Assembly: GCF_963921235.1 (NCBI RefSeq)
Contig: NC_086098.1
Coordinates: 8,618,001-8,682,000, forward strand
Length of the DNA: 64,000 nucleotides
Direction: 5' to 3'
DNA from: Mobula hypostoma
Lineage: Eukaryota
A program made the position numbers and the translations under genes. Below are positions 61,455 to 64,000 of this stretch, piece by piece (positions within the stretch are counted from its first letter, which is position 1; every line of letters starts with the position of its first letter). Below the pieces are notes generated by a model, which worked only from the letters and a program-made list of their open reading frames with translations, made no database searches and was not told where the DNA came from.

Positions 61455-64000
61455 ACAACTGCGCAAGCGTGTGAATGTCAGCCGAGTTAGACTGGCAGGA
61501 AGGATTTAAAAAGAAGCCAGCTTTATAGAGCAAGCATCGGAGGAGTGGGCGTTGGAGTAGAGGGAGTCAGAGTAGGAGGGCTTTGGCTCAATGGGGCTTC
61601 AGTGATAATGGGTTGAGGCGAGGTAAGTTACTTGTGAAGAATAAGAATAGGACATATGTTTGTGAGGCTGGTGTTCTGTATTGGGTGTCAGATGTGGGAT
61701 GTCCGGGAGACTCCCAACCTCCTGGATGGCCACATCTGCACCAGGTGCATCGAGCTGCAGCTCCTTAGGGACCAGGTTAGGGAACTGGAGATGCACCTCG
61801 ATGACCTTTGTCTGGTCAGGGAGAGTGAGGAGGTGATAGAGAGGAGCTATAGGCAGGTAGTCATACCAGGGCCTCAGGAGACAGGTAAGTGGGTAACAGT
61901 CAGGAGAGGGAAGGGCAAGAGTCAGATACCAGAGAGTACTCCAGAGGCTGTCCCCCTTAACAGTAAGTACTCCTGTTTGAGTACTGTTGGGGGGGGGGGA
62001 ACCTTCCTGGGCGAAGCAACAGTGTACGAGCCTCTGGCACAGAGTCTGACCCTGTGGCTCAGAAGGGTAGGGAAAGGAAGACGATGGCAGCAGTGATAGG
62101 GGACTCTTACAGTTAGGGGCAGGTGTGACCCAAAAGAGGTCCCAATGATTAAAAAGAAATCTGAATCCCTGCCCCCTGCGCCAACCCCTCAGCCACGCAT
62201 TTATCCTCCACCTCACTCTATTCCTATATCACTGTCACGTGGCACAGGCAGTAATCCCGAGATTACTACCTTTGAGGTCCTGCTTCTCAGCTGCTTTCCT
62301 AACACGCTGTAGTCTGTTTTCAGGACTTCCTCCCTTTTCCTACCTATGTCACTGGTACTAATATGTATCATGGCCTCTGGCTGTTCACCTTCCCACTTCA
62401 GGATATCATGGATGTAATCAGAAACATCCCAGACCCTGGTGCCTGGGAGGCAAACTACCACCTGTGTTTCTTTCCTGCATCCACAGAATCACCTCTTTAT
62501 TACATGCCTTTTCCAGCTCCCTTTGCCATCTTAAGACGCGAGAGAATAGGACCAATCAGGTGTGACAGTGGAGAAGTGTGTATGGAACTGGAGGAGATGG
62601 CAGAGGTACTTAATGAATATTTTGTTTCGGTATTCACTATGGAAAGGACCTTGGCGATTGTAGGGATGACTTACAGTGGACTGAAAAGCTTGAGCATATA
62701 GACATTAAGAAAGAGGATATGCTGGAGCTTTTGGAAAGCATCAAATTGGATAAGTCACCGGGACAGGACGAGATATACACCAAGCTACTGTGGGAAGCGA
62801 GGGAGGAGATTGCTGACCCTCTGTCAATGATCTTTGCATCATCAACGGGGATGGGAGAGGTTCCGGAGGATTGGAGGGTTGCAGATGTTGCTTCCTTAGT
62901 CAAGAAAGGGAGTAGAGATATATAGGCATCCATTAGTCTCGTGAGACCATGGATTTGCACCTTGGAAGGTTTCCAGGGCGCAGGCCTGGGCAAAGGTTGT
63001 ATGGAAGACCGGCAGTTGCCCATGCTGCAAGTCTCCCCTCTCCACGCCACCGATGTTGACCAAGGGAAGGGCATTAGGACCCATACAACTTGGCACCAGT
63101 GTCGTTGCAGAGCAATATGTAGTTAAGTGCCTTGCTCAAGGACACAACACGCTGCCTCAGCTGAGGCTCGAACTAATGATCTTCAGATCACTAGACCGAT
63201 GCCTTGACCACTTGGCCACGTGCCAACTAGAGATAGCCCAGGGAATTATAGACCAGTGAGTCTTATTTCAGTGGTTGGTAAGTTGATGGAGATGATCCTG
63301 AGAGGCAGCACATTGGGAGAGGCTTAATGTGATTAGGAATAGTCAGCATGGCTTTGTCAAAGGCAGGTTGTGCCTTATGACCCTGACTGAATCTTTTTGA
63401 GGATGTGACTAAACACATTGATGAAGGTAAAGCAGTAGATGTAGTGTATATGGATTTCAACAAAGCAATTGATAAGGTACTCCATGCAAGGCTCATTGAG
63501 AAAGTAAGGAGGCATGGGATCCAAGGGGACATTGCTCTATGGATCCAGAACTGGCTTGCACACAGAAGGCAATGGGTGGTTGTAGATGGGCCATATTCTG
63601 CATGGAGGTTGGTGACCTGTGGTGTGCCTCAGGGATCTGTTCTGGGACCCCTTCTCTTCATGATTTTGATAACTGACCTAGATGAGGAAGTGGATGGATG
63701 AGTTGGTAAATTTGCTGATGACACAAAAGTTGGGTGTATTGTGGATAGTGTGGAGGGCTGTCAAAAGTTACAGCGGGACATCAATAGGATGCAAAACTGG
63801 GCTGAGGAGTATCAGATGGAGTTCAACCCAGATAAGTGTGAGACAGAAATATGATGGCAAAATTTGTATTAATGGTAAGACTCTTGGCAGTGTGGAGGAT
63901 CAGAGGGATCTTGGGGTCTTAGCCCGTAGGACACTCAAAGCTGCTGCGCAGGTTGACTCTGTGGTTAAGATGTAGGTGTATAAGATGATGAGAGGCATTG
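61455..64000 (+). mobile_element. Rearranged CR1: 5' UTR and ORF1 (61455-62120 +), inverted esterase segment (62120-62490 -), RT (62535-64000 +)
   Basis: CIGCQMW..HICTRC..LRDQVRELE; minus-strand [27 protein letters not shown] and [10 protein letters not shown]. Confidence 0.8.
62924..63225 (-). mobile_element. Young tRNA-derived SINE inserted in CR1 RT
   Basis: Same family as 40135-40424; TSD TAGAGATA at 62913-62920 and 63228-63235. Confidence 0.9.

Overview
Eukaryotic, repeat-saturated vertebrate DNA; the CR1/Rex1/L2/Penelope mix suggests a cartilaginous fish (inference). One host gene is recognisable: the CpG-island promoter and first coding exon of MAP3K7/TAK1 (37776-37853, +). No exon 2 was found in the 26 kb that follow. 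Most of the rest is nested mobile DNA: Gypsy and GalEa-type Copia LTR relics; L1, Nimb, CR1, Rex1/Babar and L2 LINEs; tRNA-SINEs; and Tc1, mariner, hAT, Harbinger and Chapaev-like DNA transposons. Notable structures are: (i) a Neptune-type Penelope-like element (PLE) with an uninterrupted RT+GIY-YIG ORF, whose terminus carries a minimal hammerhead ribozyme seen in many copies, including TSD-flanked inverted and ~110-bp mini insertions; (ii) a TSD-flanked Nimb LINE whose ORF2 is largely replaced by a captured coiled-coil (GCC2-like) host fragment; (iii) a spliced 5' UBE2V1 retrocopy fused to a ribozyme-bearing PLE end. All family and gene names come from motif recognition, not database searches. 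Coordinates of degraded elements are approximate.
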